From: Azolla caroliniana
Taxonomy: Eukaryota > Plantae > Polypodiophyta
NCBI GenBank assembly: GCA_043228905.1
Contig: JBHGNT010000007.1
Span: forward strand, 17,918,001-17,982,000
DNA: 64,000 bases
Reading direction: 5' to 3'
How positions within the stretch are numbered: the stretch's first letter is position 1; every line of letters begins with the position of its first letter. Made by a program: the position numbers and the translations under genes. The notes under the pieces are model-generated. The model worked only from the letters and a program-made list of their open reading frames with translations. It was not told the origin of the DNA and ran no database searches. This document shows, in pieces, positions 1-12,893 of the stretch.

Positions 1-64
1 CCCGTCTAATCCGGCTTGTCCGGTTCTCATTCGGATCCCATCCGGAGGGACCTGTTTCCCAACA
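1..64 (-). mobile_element. 5' end of a Ty1/copia-family LTR (truncated by window edge)
   Basis: Reverse complement starts TGTTGGGAAACAGGTCCCTCCGGATGGGAT, matching the LTR starts at 3221(-), 4530 and 5781. Confidence 0.7.
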
Positions 65-459
65 ATTAGAAACTTCCATCGAACTATGAGCGTAAAACAC
101 AAGCAATTGGGCTAATATTTGAGTAGCATCATATTGTCTTGCATTCCATGTAGAGGCAAAATATTGTTGAATCTTGAGTACCCAACTTACATATCAAGTC
201 CAAGAACAATTGGATGAGAATGAGTTGCTCCACTAACAAAAAGTTGCATTGCTCATCTTGGGAGAAGATAGTGTCACTAATATGTTGTGGATGGAATAAC
301 TCTAACAATGATGAATAATTAACAATTAATTAGTACTTTGATTAAAGTGGAGAAGGGGTCCTTTGACAATGTAGGGTAGAGAAAGTATTAATTATATTCT
401 CACCCCTTGAGGGTCATTACACTTTTTCTTACATATAGTAGGGAATAAGGAAGAGAACT

Positions 460-3400
460 GGCGATCGAGGGTGCGGAGAAAGACCGGCAGGTTTTAGACA
501 CCGTTGTTTGAAACTCCGGACATTGGAGAATCAAGCGCAGGCGGTGCTTGATCGATCAAAGGCTAGATGCTTCCCGCCGGTGGTGCTTGGGAGTCGGTAT
601 CCCCGAAAGAGTTGTCGGCAAGTCGTTTACGAAAAGGAAGCCCCACATCTTGCTCAGAGACTCCGGTAGCCGGCAACAAGAGCCGGCGTGAGACCTAGAG
701 AGATGGGAGACGGTGGCGGGCACGCGAGGATAGGGACGACGAGTTTGAGAGAGGCACAGGTGGGTGAGGATAAGGGAAGCCGATCCTTCGATTTCCTCAC
801 ACCGATCCGGAGACTCTAGCAGTTCGGCCAACGTGGCAACGTGAGACCGAGAGAGAAGGACGGTGGCAGCGAGAAACGGGATCCGGAAATGCGATGGGAC
901 CCGGACGAGAACCGGGAGAGTGGCCTTCCAGACAACCGATTTGGAAGGGAGAGAAGTCGGTACAATGGTACTGAGGGACAGGGTGTGGAGCGAGCCACCC
1001 TCTCGACATGCAGAGAGAGACGACCCGAGATAAGGGTCCGAGATACGAAGAGCCCGAGGAGGATCCTTCACACCGGTTCTAGAGACTTCGGCGGTCGGCA
1101 TCGGATCCGACGTAAGACCAAGAGACTGACGGTGACAGTGAGGGGACGAGGGCGGAAGGCAGGGATAGGCCGGTCCTATGGGTCATCTCACACCGGATCT
1201 AGAGACTTCGGCGGTTGGCATCGGATCCGACATAAGACCAAGAGCCTGATAGTGAAGGCAAGAAACGAGACCTGGCTACGCGGAAGACACGAGGAGAGTC
1301 GAGATGGACTCAAACAAAAGACACCCCGAATTTCGGCAAGCAAAGAAATGAAGTCCGGTCCTATGGGATCCTCACGCCGATTCGGAAACTCCGGCTATTC
1401 GGCCAACGTGGCAATGTGAGACCAAGAGAGAAGGTCGGTGGCGGCAGGGAACTGGACTAGGCAATACGAAGTAACGGATCGGGAGTTGTCTAATTGCGAA
1501 ACCCTTACCGACCGGTTATGGTTTCCGAGAGAGCCGGTAAGGGCAAGCACAGGTGGTGTGTCGGGCCGACAAGGCACACCCAGGGTGGAACAAGAGTCGT
1601 GCAAGTGGCCATAGCGGGCCGAATCGGAGCACGACTAAGAGACGACACATGGAGGTGCCGGGAACGCGGTAACGGGTGCGCGGCGGATTGCACGGGTCGG
1701 AGACCGGAAAGGATATATGGGCCGGAGACGGATCCTCCATACCCGCTTCGGAGATCTCGGTGGCTCAGTCAGAGTGGCGACGACTGGCGTGGCAAACCAA
1801 GCCCGAGATGCCAAGCCGGTGGGGGCGAGGGGACGATGGCAAGCAGAAGCCTCCGGACCGGTTGCAGCAGCGCAAGAAGAAAGGAGGGCCAAGCAGGCCA
1901 CTATGGGTGTTCCTCGGACGCAAAGGACACCAATAAGCAGAGAAAGAAGAGCGGTGGTGCCGGGACAGAGAGTGTGGACCGGTAAGGAAGTGTCTTACCG
2001 GCATCTGAAGGTTTTCGGGTGTCTCGCTTATGTGCATGTTGCAAAGGACCGGAGAGCAAAGTTGGATCCAAAGTCCCGACCTTGCCTATTCCTCGGATAG
2101 GGCGATGATAAGTTCAGCTACCGATTGTGGGATCCGGTCGACAAGAAGATTTTCCGGAGTCGAGATATTATCTTCATGGAGGACAAGACCCTTGCCAACT
2201 GGGAGTCGGAGAAGAAGATAATGAACTTCGAGTCGACTGGTAAGGATCGGTTCGATGAGATACGGACCTCTCGGCTAAGAGCCGGTTGACACTCAAAGAA
2301 CCGGCCGGTTACGGAGAGGAAACCAAACTGGTAGAAGAAGGAGAGGAAGCAGGAACCGGAATCGGCCAAGATCCCGAATCTGATTCGGATGAAGAACAAA
2401 TAGAGGAGCCGATTGCCGGAAACCAAAGACGTAGATATCCACTCAGAGAGAGAAGGCCCCCCCAGAGATTTCTGGATGCAAAGCGCGTGTTGCTAACCGA
2501 TGAGGGGGAGCTGGAAAGCTTCGAAGAAGCGAGGGAGGACATCCATAGCCACAAGTGGTTAAGTGCCATGCAGGCAAGTTGGATTCCATGCATGAGAACC
2601 ACACGTATGAACTGGTGGAGTTGCCGAAAGGAAAGCCGGCACTCTGGAATAAGTGGTTGTACAAGTTGAAACCGAGAGATGCCAGTAACCCCTCAAGATA
2701 CAAAGCCAGGATCGTGGTTGAAGTTAAAATCGTTGCCGGCCACAACCGGTTTGCATGTGCGGAATAATAGTCAATCTAATGGAGAAGAAAATACAGAATA
2801 CAGAAACTAAGAATGACAGATTTTAACGTGGAAACCCAAACTGGGAAAAACCACGTGGAGTCCACAAAATCCAAAACGGAACACTATGAGAGAAAGGAAT
2901 ACAATCAGAGATCTCAGAGGCAACGACCTCAAGATCCTGCTTCGCCAACATGCGGCTATTGAGCTCACTCTCTCCCACTTACACTCGTTTACTCTCACGG
3001 TTACGGAGGCCACGACCTCGACAACAGTAACTTTACAAATACAACACCCACTCATAGCATGATTGTCCTAAGTACTTATATACCAATGTAACCTTTCGAC
3101 TATTTACAAGTTTAGCCTTTCCGTGTTGGCTATCTCCACGATTTCCGGTTTCGGCCTCGGCCGAGTTGCTCATCAACACGGTTCTTCTTACTTCCCATCC
3201 AGAGGGACCTGCTTCCTAACAAACTCCCCCTTCACTCCGGCATGGGATGTCTCACTAGTCTGATCCGCTTCCTACATGCATCTAGCATGGACCTCGAGGT
3301 AGAGCAGTTAGATGTGAAGACGATGTTCCTCCACGACGACCTCGAAGAGGAGATCTACATGCAGCAACCATAGCACCTGGTTTGCCAGTTGAAGACGAGC

Positions 3401-5056
3401 CTCTACGGTTTGAAGCAGGCTCCCTGGCAATGGTACCGGAAGTTCGACTCCTTCATGACTGATCAAGGGTACCACAAGACGCAGGCAGATCATTGTGTAT
3501 TTGTGAAGAAGTTCGAAGATGGAGACTTCCTGATACTCCTCCTGTACGTGGACGACATGTTGATCGTCAGACGAGACCAAGTCAAGATACGAATGTTGAA
3601 GAAGGCCCTGAACCGGACATTCTGAATGAAAGACTTGGGTTCGGCAAGACAGATACTGGTGATGCATATCATCCAGGACCGGTCAACGAAGTAATGTGGC
3701 TGTCACTGGAGAAGTACGTGACAAAGGTGCTTCAGCGGTTCAACATGTCAGATGCGAAATGGGTCAGATTGACACTCTTGACAAACTGTAGGTTATCCGG
3801 TAAGCAAAGCCCGAAGACGATGGTAGATAAGGCAGATATGATGAAGATACCATATGCCTCTACCATCGGGAGCTTAATGTACACAATGGTGTGTACCCGA
3901 CCGGATATCGGATATGCAGTCGGAGTGGTGAGCCGGTTCATGAGCAATCCCGACAAGGAGCATTGGAATGCGGTAAAATGGATACTCTGGTACTTGAAAG
4001 GCACCTCAAGTACGTGTCTCCAATTCGGCTTCGGTAAACCCCAACTTGATGGCTTCACCGATTCAGATATGTCGGCTGATGTGGACCAGTCGATCAACAT
4101 CTGGATACGTCATGACATATGCAGGGGGAGCTGTTTCGTGGCAGTTGAGGCTGCAGAAGACGGTTGCGTTGTCAACCACGGAAGCGGAGTACATGGCAGC
4201 TGTGGAAGGCGGCAAGGAAATATTGTGGATGAAGGACTTCATCGGAGAGCTAGGGATCCGACAAGAGGAATACCAGCTCTACTGCAACAATCAAAGTGCC
4301 ATCCACCTTGCAAAGAACGCAGCATACCATTCTAGAACGAAGCACATCCAACGCAGGTACCGTTGGATCCGGGAGCGAGTTGAAGATTGAGAGTTCGTGC
4401 TGATGAAGATCCACACGGAGGAGAATGGGTCAGATATGCTGACCAAAGTAATGACACCTAAGAAGCTAGATGCATGCATGAAGAGGATTGGATTGACGAG
4501 GCATCCCATGCCGGAGTGAAGGGGGAGTTTGTTAGGATTTCGGTCCGTCCGGATAGGATATGAGTACCCGGCAACTCAGAGCCGGTGAGAACCTCTCACC
4601 GGATGAAGGGACATAGATGTAAATATGTTTCTGCTAGCCCATTGTGGCTATATTTGTAAATAGCCCGAAACTCATATTAGTATAAATATGACCTAGGGCA
4701 AACATTATTATGATGTTGGTCATATACTTGGTGTAACTGATGTACAGAGCGTAACAGAGAGAGAGAGAGAGAGCGATACCGAGCGTGTCTCTGTTGTAAC
4801 TGCCGTCAGGCAAAGATTGAGAGCACGAGGTCGTTGCCTCTGTGCTCCTCCTATTGTATTCCCCCTACATAGTGATAGTTGGAGCTAGTGGGCTCCCGTG
4901 GTTTTTCCTGTTTAGGGTTTTCCACGTAAACATCCTGTGTACTTTCTCTTTCTCAATTGTTTGTGTGTATATGTGCATTTCTTCCTATTCCCATCTTTCT
5001 AGGGTTGATCCTAAGACTCGGTTGTCGCCGAGTAATATTCCACATATTTCTTGTCA
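460..5056 (+). mobile_element. Degenerate Ty1/copia element 1 (integrase C-terminus, RT, RNase H, PPT, 3' LTR 4530-5056); 5' part replaced by non-canonical repeated sequence; left boundary uncertain
   Basis: HLKVFGCLAYVHV (~2000), SLYGLKQAPWQWY and LLYVDDML (3400-3560), ALSTTEAEY and HSRTKHI (4165-4350); PPT GAAGGGGGAGTT then TGTTAGG at 4530; many stops and frameshifts. Confidence 0.85.
2719..3286 (-). mobile_element. Inverted 3' LTR (2719-3221) + PPT + pol end of a related copia, nested in copia 1 RT
   Basis: Minus strand reads CATCCCATGCCGGAGTGAAGGGGGAGTT-TGTTAGGAAG, like the pol end/PPT/LTR junction at 4502-4536; host RT is interrupted between IVV and SMDLEVEQLDVK. Confidence 0.8.
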
Positions 5057-5448
5057 TAAACCAGTGCGTAGATTGGGTGCGTAAACCAGGCCCGCAACGA
5101 GAGGCTGTAGCGGAGAGTAAACCGGGAATCTGTGGGAAAGATATTCCGTAGAGGAATATATTTTGGGAGTCAGTGTAAGGGCTCATTGATGAGCATTGAA
5201 GTACGTGTCAGTACTTATGTCAGTCTGTATGGACTTGTATAAAAGTGCTCTCAGAGCACATCCTATGTACAGAGTGTTATTATTTCGGAATAGAGTTTTT
5301 TGTGTTCTGCTGTCTTTGTCTCTCCCGCGTATGCTGTGTTGATTAAACTCTCCATTAAACCTTCCTCATCTTCCTTGTCTTTTGTCTATTGTTAGCCGGT
5401 TGTGTCTGTTAAGCTTCTGCACGTATTCTTTTGCATCTTGCTATGCTA
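5057..5448 (+). mobile_element. Partial LTR of a second copia family
   Basis: GGACTTGTATAAAAGTGCTCTC..GAGCACAT..TATGTACA..GTTATTATTT..GAATAGAGTTT is shared with the minus-strand LTR at 26862-27298. Confidence 0.7.
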
Positions 5449-5449
5449 C

Positions 5450-5780
5450 CTACTTTGAAGACGCAAATAAAGTTGATGGTATCAGGAGAGATTCCCTCGT
5501 TTTGCATCGTTTCGAAGCTTTTAAAGCTTCATAAACTCGGCCTTCTTGTGCATAACCTAAAATTAACGCATTCCACGATATAACATTTCGGGTTTGGAAC
5601 TTTTCTAGCACTTTTTGTGCTTTCAAAAGAGCACCACATTTAGCATACATGCTGATCAAATCGGTTGCTAGATACGGGCTTTTTTCAAGCAACCCTTTTC
5701 TCACAATATATGCATGTATTCTATAACCTTCACAAAGATCCTTCCTCTGAGCACAAACTTTGAGAAATGCCACAACATTG
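5450..5780 (-). pseudogene. PLS-class pentatricopeptide repeat (PPR) gene fragment, interrupted by copia 2; upstream part continues beyond 23471
   Basis: LISMYAKCGALLKAQKVL..RNVISWNALILGYAQEG PPR motifs; in-frame stops follow when the TSD sides are rejoined. Confidence 0.85.
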
Positions 5781-5810
5781 TGTTAGGATTTCAGTCCCTC
5801 CGGATGGGAT

Positions 5811-6008
5811 ATGAGTACCCGACAACGCAGACCCGGTGAGAGCCGGATGATGAGTCCCCGGCAACTCAGACCCGGTGAGAACCAGATGATGAGTACCCGG
5901 CAAGGAAGACCCGGTGAGAACAAGATGATGAGTACCCGACAAGGAAGACCCGGTGAGAACAGGATGATGAGTACCCGACAAGGAAGACCCGGTGAGAACC
6001 GGATGACG
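5811..6008 (+). repeat. 39-bp minisatellite in copia LTR U3 (about 5 copies)
   Basis: Unit ATGAGTACCCGACAAGGAAGACCCGGTGAGAACCGGATG starts at 5811, 5850, 5889, 5928 and 5967. Confidence 0.9.
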
Positions 6009-6935
6009 TAGGCCTAGTGAGAACCTCTCACCGGATGAAGGGACATAGATGTAAATATGTTTCTGTTAGCCCATTGTGGCTATATTTGTAAATAGCCCGA
6101 AAGTCATATTAGTATAAATATGACCTAGGGCAAACACTATTTAGTGTGTGGTTGCAAATCATCGTAAGAGTAATTTGGTGTAACTGTTGTATAGAGCGTA
6201 ACAGAGAGAGAGAGAGCTCGACCTTGACCAATCTCTGTTGTAACCGCCTGTTGGCGAAGATTGAAAGCACGAGGTCGTTGCCTATGTGACTTATTACTGT
6301 AATCTTTACATAGTGATAGTTTGGAGTCTGTGGGCTCCCGTGGTTTTTCCCCTATTAGAGTTTTTCCACACAAACATAATGTGTACTCTCTTTCAGTGTT
6401 TTGTGTATACGTGCATCTATCTCCACATTCCCATTTCTGTGATTGTAATTCTCAACGAAGTGATCGAAGACTCGGTTGTGGCCAAGCATTATTCCGCATA
6501 TTCTCTTCAATATGATATCAGAGAAGGCAACAAAGAAGATGGAAGAATCTTACGGCGGCATGTTCAAGCTCACCAGCTGCAACTACTCAGTGTGGAAGTC
6601 GAAGATAAGGGACATGCTGGTGGTTAAAGATCTTTGGTTGCCAATTCAGTTCGGGGACAAGAGACCGGATAAGATCGACGCCACGGTGTGGGAGGTGATG
6701 CACATGAAGTCGACGACATACATCCGGTGCTTCATCGACATGAGCCTGTACAACAACTTCAACGAAGAGATCAAGGCTCATGAACTCTGGGAGAAGATCA
6801 ACATCATGTTCCAAAACAAGAATGCCGTTAATCGGGTTTCGATATTTCGGAAGCTAGTGAGGCTCCGGTACCAAGAAGGCTCCAGTATGCGGATACACCA
6901 AGCAACCTCGTTGGAAGTACCTCTCGCCGATGAGG

Positions 6936-7223
6936 TGATAGAAATATGCGGAATAATGCTCGGCCACAACCGAGTCTTAGGATCAACCACAGAAAGATGG
7001 GAATAGGAAGAAATGCATGTATACACACAAACAATAGAGGAAGAGAAAGTACACAGGATGTTAACGTGGAAAACCCTAAACGGGAAAAACCACGGGAGTC
7101 CACAAACTCCAACTCTCACTATGCAAGGAGAATACAACAGGGGAAGATAGAGGCAATGACCTTGTGCTCACAATCTTCGCCTGGCAGTGGTTACAACAGA
7201 GACTCACTCTCTCTCACTCTCAC

Positions 7224-7261
<38 letters not shown>

Positions 7262-7582
7262 GTCTGCTACGCTCTGTACAACATTTACACCAATAACTCT
7301 ATACAAAATAATGACAACACTCTAATACTGTTTGCCCTAGGTCTAATACTTTATACTAATATGAATTTCAACGTATTTACAAATATAGCCCCAGTGGGCT
7401 CTTCGGAACATATTTACATATATGTCCCTTCATCCGGTGACAGGTTCTCACCGGGCCTACAACATCTGATTCTCACCGGGTCTTCCTTGCCGGGTACTCG
7501 TCATCCGGTTCTTACCGGGCCTTCATCATTCGGTTCTCATCGGGCCTTCATCATACCATCCGGAGGGACCGAAATACTAACA
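6936..7582 (-). mobile_element. Copia-family solo LTR inserted in gag of copia 2
   Basis: TG..CA termini; TSD TGAGG at 6931-6935 and 7583-7587; homologous to LTR 4530-5056. Confidence 0.93.
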
Positions 7583-10500
7583 TGAGGTACTTGCTTTACT
7601 CCTGCTCGGTTCCGTCCCGGATAGCTGGGAGATGTTAGTTCTCACTTTGGGCAACCCTAGGCCGGAAGGAAAACAGTTATCCTAGCAAGATTCAAGTCGA
7701 GCTTGCTAGATGAGGAGGTGCGTCGGAAAGACAAGGATACGAGCTCCGACTCCAAAGCGCTCCTTACCGAATCGGAACGCGGAAGACAAAGGAATCAGAG
7801 TCCCTAGAACCGGGAAAAGTTGGGGACACGGTCAAAGTCAAGGGGGAGGCCCACTTGCTTCTATTGCGGCAACCCGGGGCACTTCTAGAAGAACTATCGG
7901 CATTTCTAGAAAGACAAGGGAACCGACAATACCGATTCGAAGAAGTCACCGGACCGAAACGGTTCGGATCGGTGAGGACCAGACCAGAAGGGAACAACAA
8001 CAATTGCGGCAAGTGAAGAGGAGTTGATGCTCATCACCGAGGAGAGTGAGTTGAACCTTGCCATCGAGGAGACAATGTGGGTTGTCGACTTCGGAGCGTC
8101 GTTCCACCTTACCCCGGATCGGAAATGCTTCTCATCCTGCACAACTGGTGAGCACGACTGTGTCCGGATGGGGAATGAAGGGGCATGTCGAATTATCGGC
8201 ATGGGAGATGTGTTGTTGACGACATCAACCGGATGCAAGTTGCTGTTGAAGGATGTTCGACATGTTCCGGAGGTTCGACAGAACCTGATATCAGCCAGTC
8301 GACTAGATGATGAAGGCTACACAGGTAGCATCCGGAACGGTGTCATGAAGTTCTACAAAGGGAGCTTAATAGTGGCTCGACCCCGGAAGGTCAACACACT
8401 GTACTTGATGAATGCCTGGAAATGCTGAGAAAAAGTGAACGTAGCATCCGACATTGACAGTGTGTTGTGGCACAAAAGACTGTGTCACATGAGTGAGAAG
8501 GGGATGAAGACGCTTACCGAAGACAACCTCATTCCGGTGAAGGACGTGCAACTTGAGAAGTGCACCGATTGCCTTGCCGGCAAGCTAAACCGAACCTCCT
8601 TCTGATCAAGACCACCGATGAGACGGAATGCACCACTAGAGCTGATGCATACCGATGAGTGTCAAATGGACACGAAGTCACATGCTGGATCGTAGTACTT
8701 CGTGACGTTCATAGATGACCATAGCCGGAAGTTGTGGGTCTCGCCGCTGAAGACGAAGGATCAAGTGTTATTCGTCTTCAAGGAGCTCCACACGAGAGTG
8801 GAAAGAGAAATCGGTCGGATGCTGAAGGCGGTTCGAGCAGATAAGGGAGGAGAAAACCTAGGGCAGTTCGAGGAGTACTGCCACTCGAAGGAAATCCGGC
8901 TCGAATTTACGGTGCCGAAGACGCCAGAACTCAATGGGCTAGCCAAGAGGATGAACTGGACCATAATGGCGACGATCCGGAGTATGCTAGCACATGCCAA
9001 GTTACCCAAGACGTTTTGGGCTGAGGCGCTGACGACAGCGACATACGTGATAAATAGATCACCCTCAGTACCCTTGGACGGAGACATGCCATAGAGAGTG
9101 TGGACCGGTAAGGAAGTGTCTTACCGGCATCTGAAGGTGTTCGGGTGTCTCGCTTACGTGCATGTGGCAAAGGACCAGAGAGAAAAGTTGGATCCAAAGA
9201 CTTGGCCTTGCATATTCCTCGGATATGGCGATGATGAGTTCGGTTACAAAGTGTGGGACCCCGTTGACAAGAAGGTGTTCAAGAGTCGAGATATTATCTT
9301 CATAGAGGACAAGACCCTTGTTGACTGGGAGTCGGAGAAGAAGATAATGAACTCCGAGTCGACCGGTAAGGATCGGTTCGATGAGATTCGGACTTACCCG
9401 GCTAAGAGCCGGTTAACACTCGAAGAACCATCCAGTTACGGTGAGGATATCGAACTGGCAGAAGAAGAAGAAGAGGAAGCTTGAACTAGAACCGGCCAAG
9501 ATCCCGAATCAGATTTGGATGAAGAACAGACGCAGGAGCCGGTTGGAGATATCCTCTCAGAGAGAGAAGCCCCCCCTGGGGATTTCCGGATCCAGAGCAT
9601 GTGTTGCTAACCAATGAGGGGGAGCTGGAAAGCTTCGAAGAAGCGAGGGAGGACACCCATAGCCGCAAGTGGTTAAGTGCCATGTAGGACGAGATGGATT
9701 CCCTGCATGAGAACCACACATATTAATTGGTGGAGTTGCCAAAAGGAAAGCGGGCACTTCGAAACAAGTGGGTGTACAAGCTGAAACCAGGAGAAGTCGG
9801 TAACTCCCCGAGATACAAAGCCAAGATCGTGGTGAAGGGGTTCCAGCAGAAGAAGGGCGTGGACTTCAACGAGATATTTGCCCCGGTAGTAAAGAGGACT
9901 TCCATTCGGACGGTGCTAAGCATAGTGGCAAGCATGGACCTCGAGGTAGAGTAGTTAGACGTGAAGACGACGTTCCTCCACGACAACCTCGAAGAGGAGA
10001 TCTACATGCAACAAATAGAGGGATTTGTGAAGAAAGGGAAGGAGCACATGGTTTGCCGGTTGAAGAAGAGCCTCTACGGTTTGAAGCAGGCTCCTGAGCA
10101 ATGGTACCGAAAGTTCGACTCCTTCATGACTGATCAAGGGTACCACAAGACGCAGGCTGATCACTGCGTATTTGTGAAGAAGTTCGAAGGTGGAGACTTC
10201 CTGATACTCCTCCTGTACGTGGACAACATGTTGATCATCAGACGAGACCAAGTCAAGATACGGATGTTGAAGAAGGCTCTGAACTAGACCTTCTCAATGA
10301 AAAACTTGGGTCCAGCAAGATAGATATTGGGGATGCATATCATCTAGGACTGGTCAACGAAGCAATTGGTGCTGTCATAGGAGAAATACATGACAAAAGT
10401 GCTTCAGCGGTTCAACATGTCAGATGCGAGACGGATCGGATCAACACTCCCGACAAACTGCAAGCTGTCCGGTAAGCAAAGCCCGAAGACGAAAGCAGAG

Positions 10501-10932
10501 AAGGTGGATATGATGAAGAAACCATATGCCTCTGTTGTTGGTAGCTTGATGTACGCAATGGTGTGTACCCAACCGGATATCGGATACGCAGTAGGAATGG
10601 TGAGCCGGTTCATGAGCAATCCCGGCAAGGAGCACTGGAATGCGGTAAAATGGATACTTCGGTATTTGAAGGGCACTTCGAGTATGTGCCTCCGATTCGG
10701 CTCAGGTAAACCCTAACTCGACGGATTCACAGATTTGGACATGTCGGCTGATGTGGATACCAGCCGATCAACATCCGGATATGTCATGACATATGCAAGG
10801 GGAGTTGTCTCGTGGCAGTCGAGGCTGCAGAAGACGGTTGCGTTGTCAACCACGGAAGCGAAGTACATGGCAGTTGTAGAAGGCGGCAAGGAAATACTGT
10901 GGATGAAGGACTTCATCAGGGAGCTAGGGATC

Positions 10933-11052
10933 CGACAAGAGGAATACCGGCTCTACTGCGACAGTCAGAGTGCCATCCACCTTGCAAAGAACGACAAGAG
11001 GAATACCGGCTCTACTGCGACAGTCAGAGTGCCATCCACCTTGCAAAGAACG
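10933..11052 (+). repeat. 59-bp tandem duplication frameshifting copia RNase H
   Basis: CGACAAGAGGAATACCGG...CTTGCAAAGAA occurs at 10933 and 10992. Confidence 0.9.
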
Positions 11053-11247
11053 TTGCCTATCATTCCAGGACAAAGCATATCCAACGCAGGTATCACTGGA
11101 TCCGGGAGCGAGTAGAAGATCGGGTGTTCGCGCTGATGAAAATCCACATGGAGGAGAACGGGTCAAATATGCTGACCAAAGTGATGACACCTGACTGTCA
11201 TGATAACAGTCACATCATGCATCGAAAGGATCATGACACTCACATTA

Positions 11248-11312
11248 TGACTCAAAAGGATTTGAACCCACGACCTTGTTGTACACATGTCAAATCCTTA
11301 ACCATTGTATTA
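11248..11312 (-). promoter_or_regulatory. tRNA-like A-box/B-box cassette in LTR A U3 (copy also at ~16576-16640)
   Basis: Minus strand ATACAATGGTTAAGG...AAGGTCGTGGGTTCAAATCC: D-loop-like TGGTTAAG and B box GGTTCRANTCC at tRNA-like spacing. Confidence 0.65.
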
Positions 11313-11768
11313 ATATTCTTATATGTATAGTCTCTAGAATATGAAATCTAATATCATAGGAATATTCTATATTACTCTACATTCTAGAATGACCTAGAAT
11401 ATTCTAGAGTGTTCTATACCACTAGAACCTTCTAGAATACTCTAGAGATCTTCTAGATTACTCTACATTCTAGGATAACCTAGAATATTCTAGAGAGTTC
11501 TCTATTACTTATAAATAGGGATCTACCACCCATCCCAAACCTAAATTGGTTCAACGCCATTTTGTAGCCTACTCTTTGTAATCCATTTTACGCTTCAATA
11601 TAATAATTCTCTTTCAATTATCTCTCTATCTCTTTTTCTCTCTCTTTCTCTCTCTCTTTCTCTCTCTCTCAGTCGTGACAGTTTGAACCAATTTTTTTCC
11701 TTTCATCTCTTCGTCTTCCACAAACCCTAACAAGTTCTCTTCTTCCTTCTCCTCTCCCCTCATAAGCT

Positions 11769-12893
11769 ATGGAGTCCGTGAGCAAACAAGAATACATGTG
11801 TGTTCTTTCTGAGCTCGACATGCTCACGAATAAATTTGTGGCATTAGAGCATGAGAATCAAAGGATACTTGGAGATCTACAACACGTGAGCGCCGAAAAA
11901 GCTCAACAATATGAAGAGTTATCACAACGGGTTCATCAACTTGAGGCGACTATATTGTCATTACGAGAGCAAGCGTCGGGGGCTCAGAACTCCCCTAGAG
12001 AGCCAAAGATCAGCCTCCTTGCCAAGTTTGATGGTACGAGGTCTTTATTTCGAGGCTTTTTGAATCAAGTTCGTTTAGTTATTCAGCTCCATCCCAATCA
12101 GTATCCAACTGATGTTGCTCGTGTGGGATTAGTGGGAACTTTGCTATGCAGTACGACGTTAGCATGGTTCGCACCACTTCTCGAGAAGAAATCACCATTG
12201 CTGGAGGATTTCGAGGCCTTTGTTAAAGAGTTTCAAGCTAGTTTCGGAGACATCGACAGCACTAGGACAACGATAAACAAGATTCGAAGGCTCCGACAAG
12301 GAGATCGTCCCGCGTCGTCTTATGCAGCCGATTTCCGTCTCTTGGCATGCGATATCCCTTGGGATGAGGCAACTTTAATGGATCAATTCCATCAAGGTTT
12401 GAGAAATGATGTCAAAGATCTTCTTCTTACTTTCCCTGAAGATCCAAAGTCACTTACAGAAGCCATTAGTCGAGCTGTGCGATGTGATAATCGCATATTT
12501 GAGTGACGTTCTGAGCGCCAACAAATGTTACGCCGCCAACCTGAACAGACTTACGCTTCCGTAGTCGCAACGCCTCCACAAGTTTCTAGACCCATTACAA
12601 GGGATGGCCCAACTCCGATGGAAATAGAGTCAACACAACGTCGTGGGCCGTTATCAGATGCTGAGAAGCAACGACGTCGAGCGCATCGCCTCTGCCTGTA
12701 TTGTGGTGGTCCAGGACATATAGCTGTAAATTGTCCACATAAACCTAGGCGTCAAGTATACCAAGTAAGTGCCCATGAAAACCCTACATCGAGTTCTATT
12801 GTTACTTCTAATAACATAAATAAGCCTCATAGTCCATGTCATGAGAATAGATTCGATGTCTTGAGTCAATTAGAGGATGTGTTAAACGAGTAA
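11769..12893 (+). CDS. gag: Gag of chromovirus A (one premature stop at ~12504)
   Basis: Retrotransposon Gag LRQGDRPASSYAADF..FHQGL; PTPMEI; CCHC knuckle CLYCGGPGHIAVNC. Confidence 0.9.

Noticed and set aside
556-1985. Several 130-190 aa overlapping ORFs as real genes
   Set aside because: GC-rich repetitive TE sequence open in many frames, with no recognisable domain.
5811-6008. 39-bp repeats with GATGATGAG as a hammerhead or CRISPR-like array
   Set aside because: No CUGANGA/GAAA core and no unique spacers; it is a plain LTR minisatellite.
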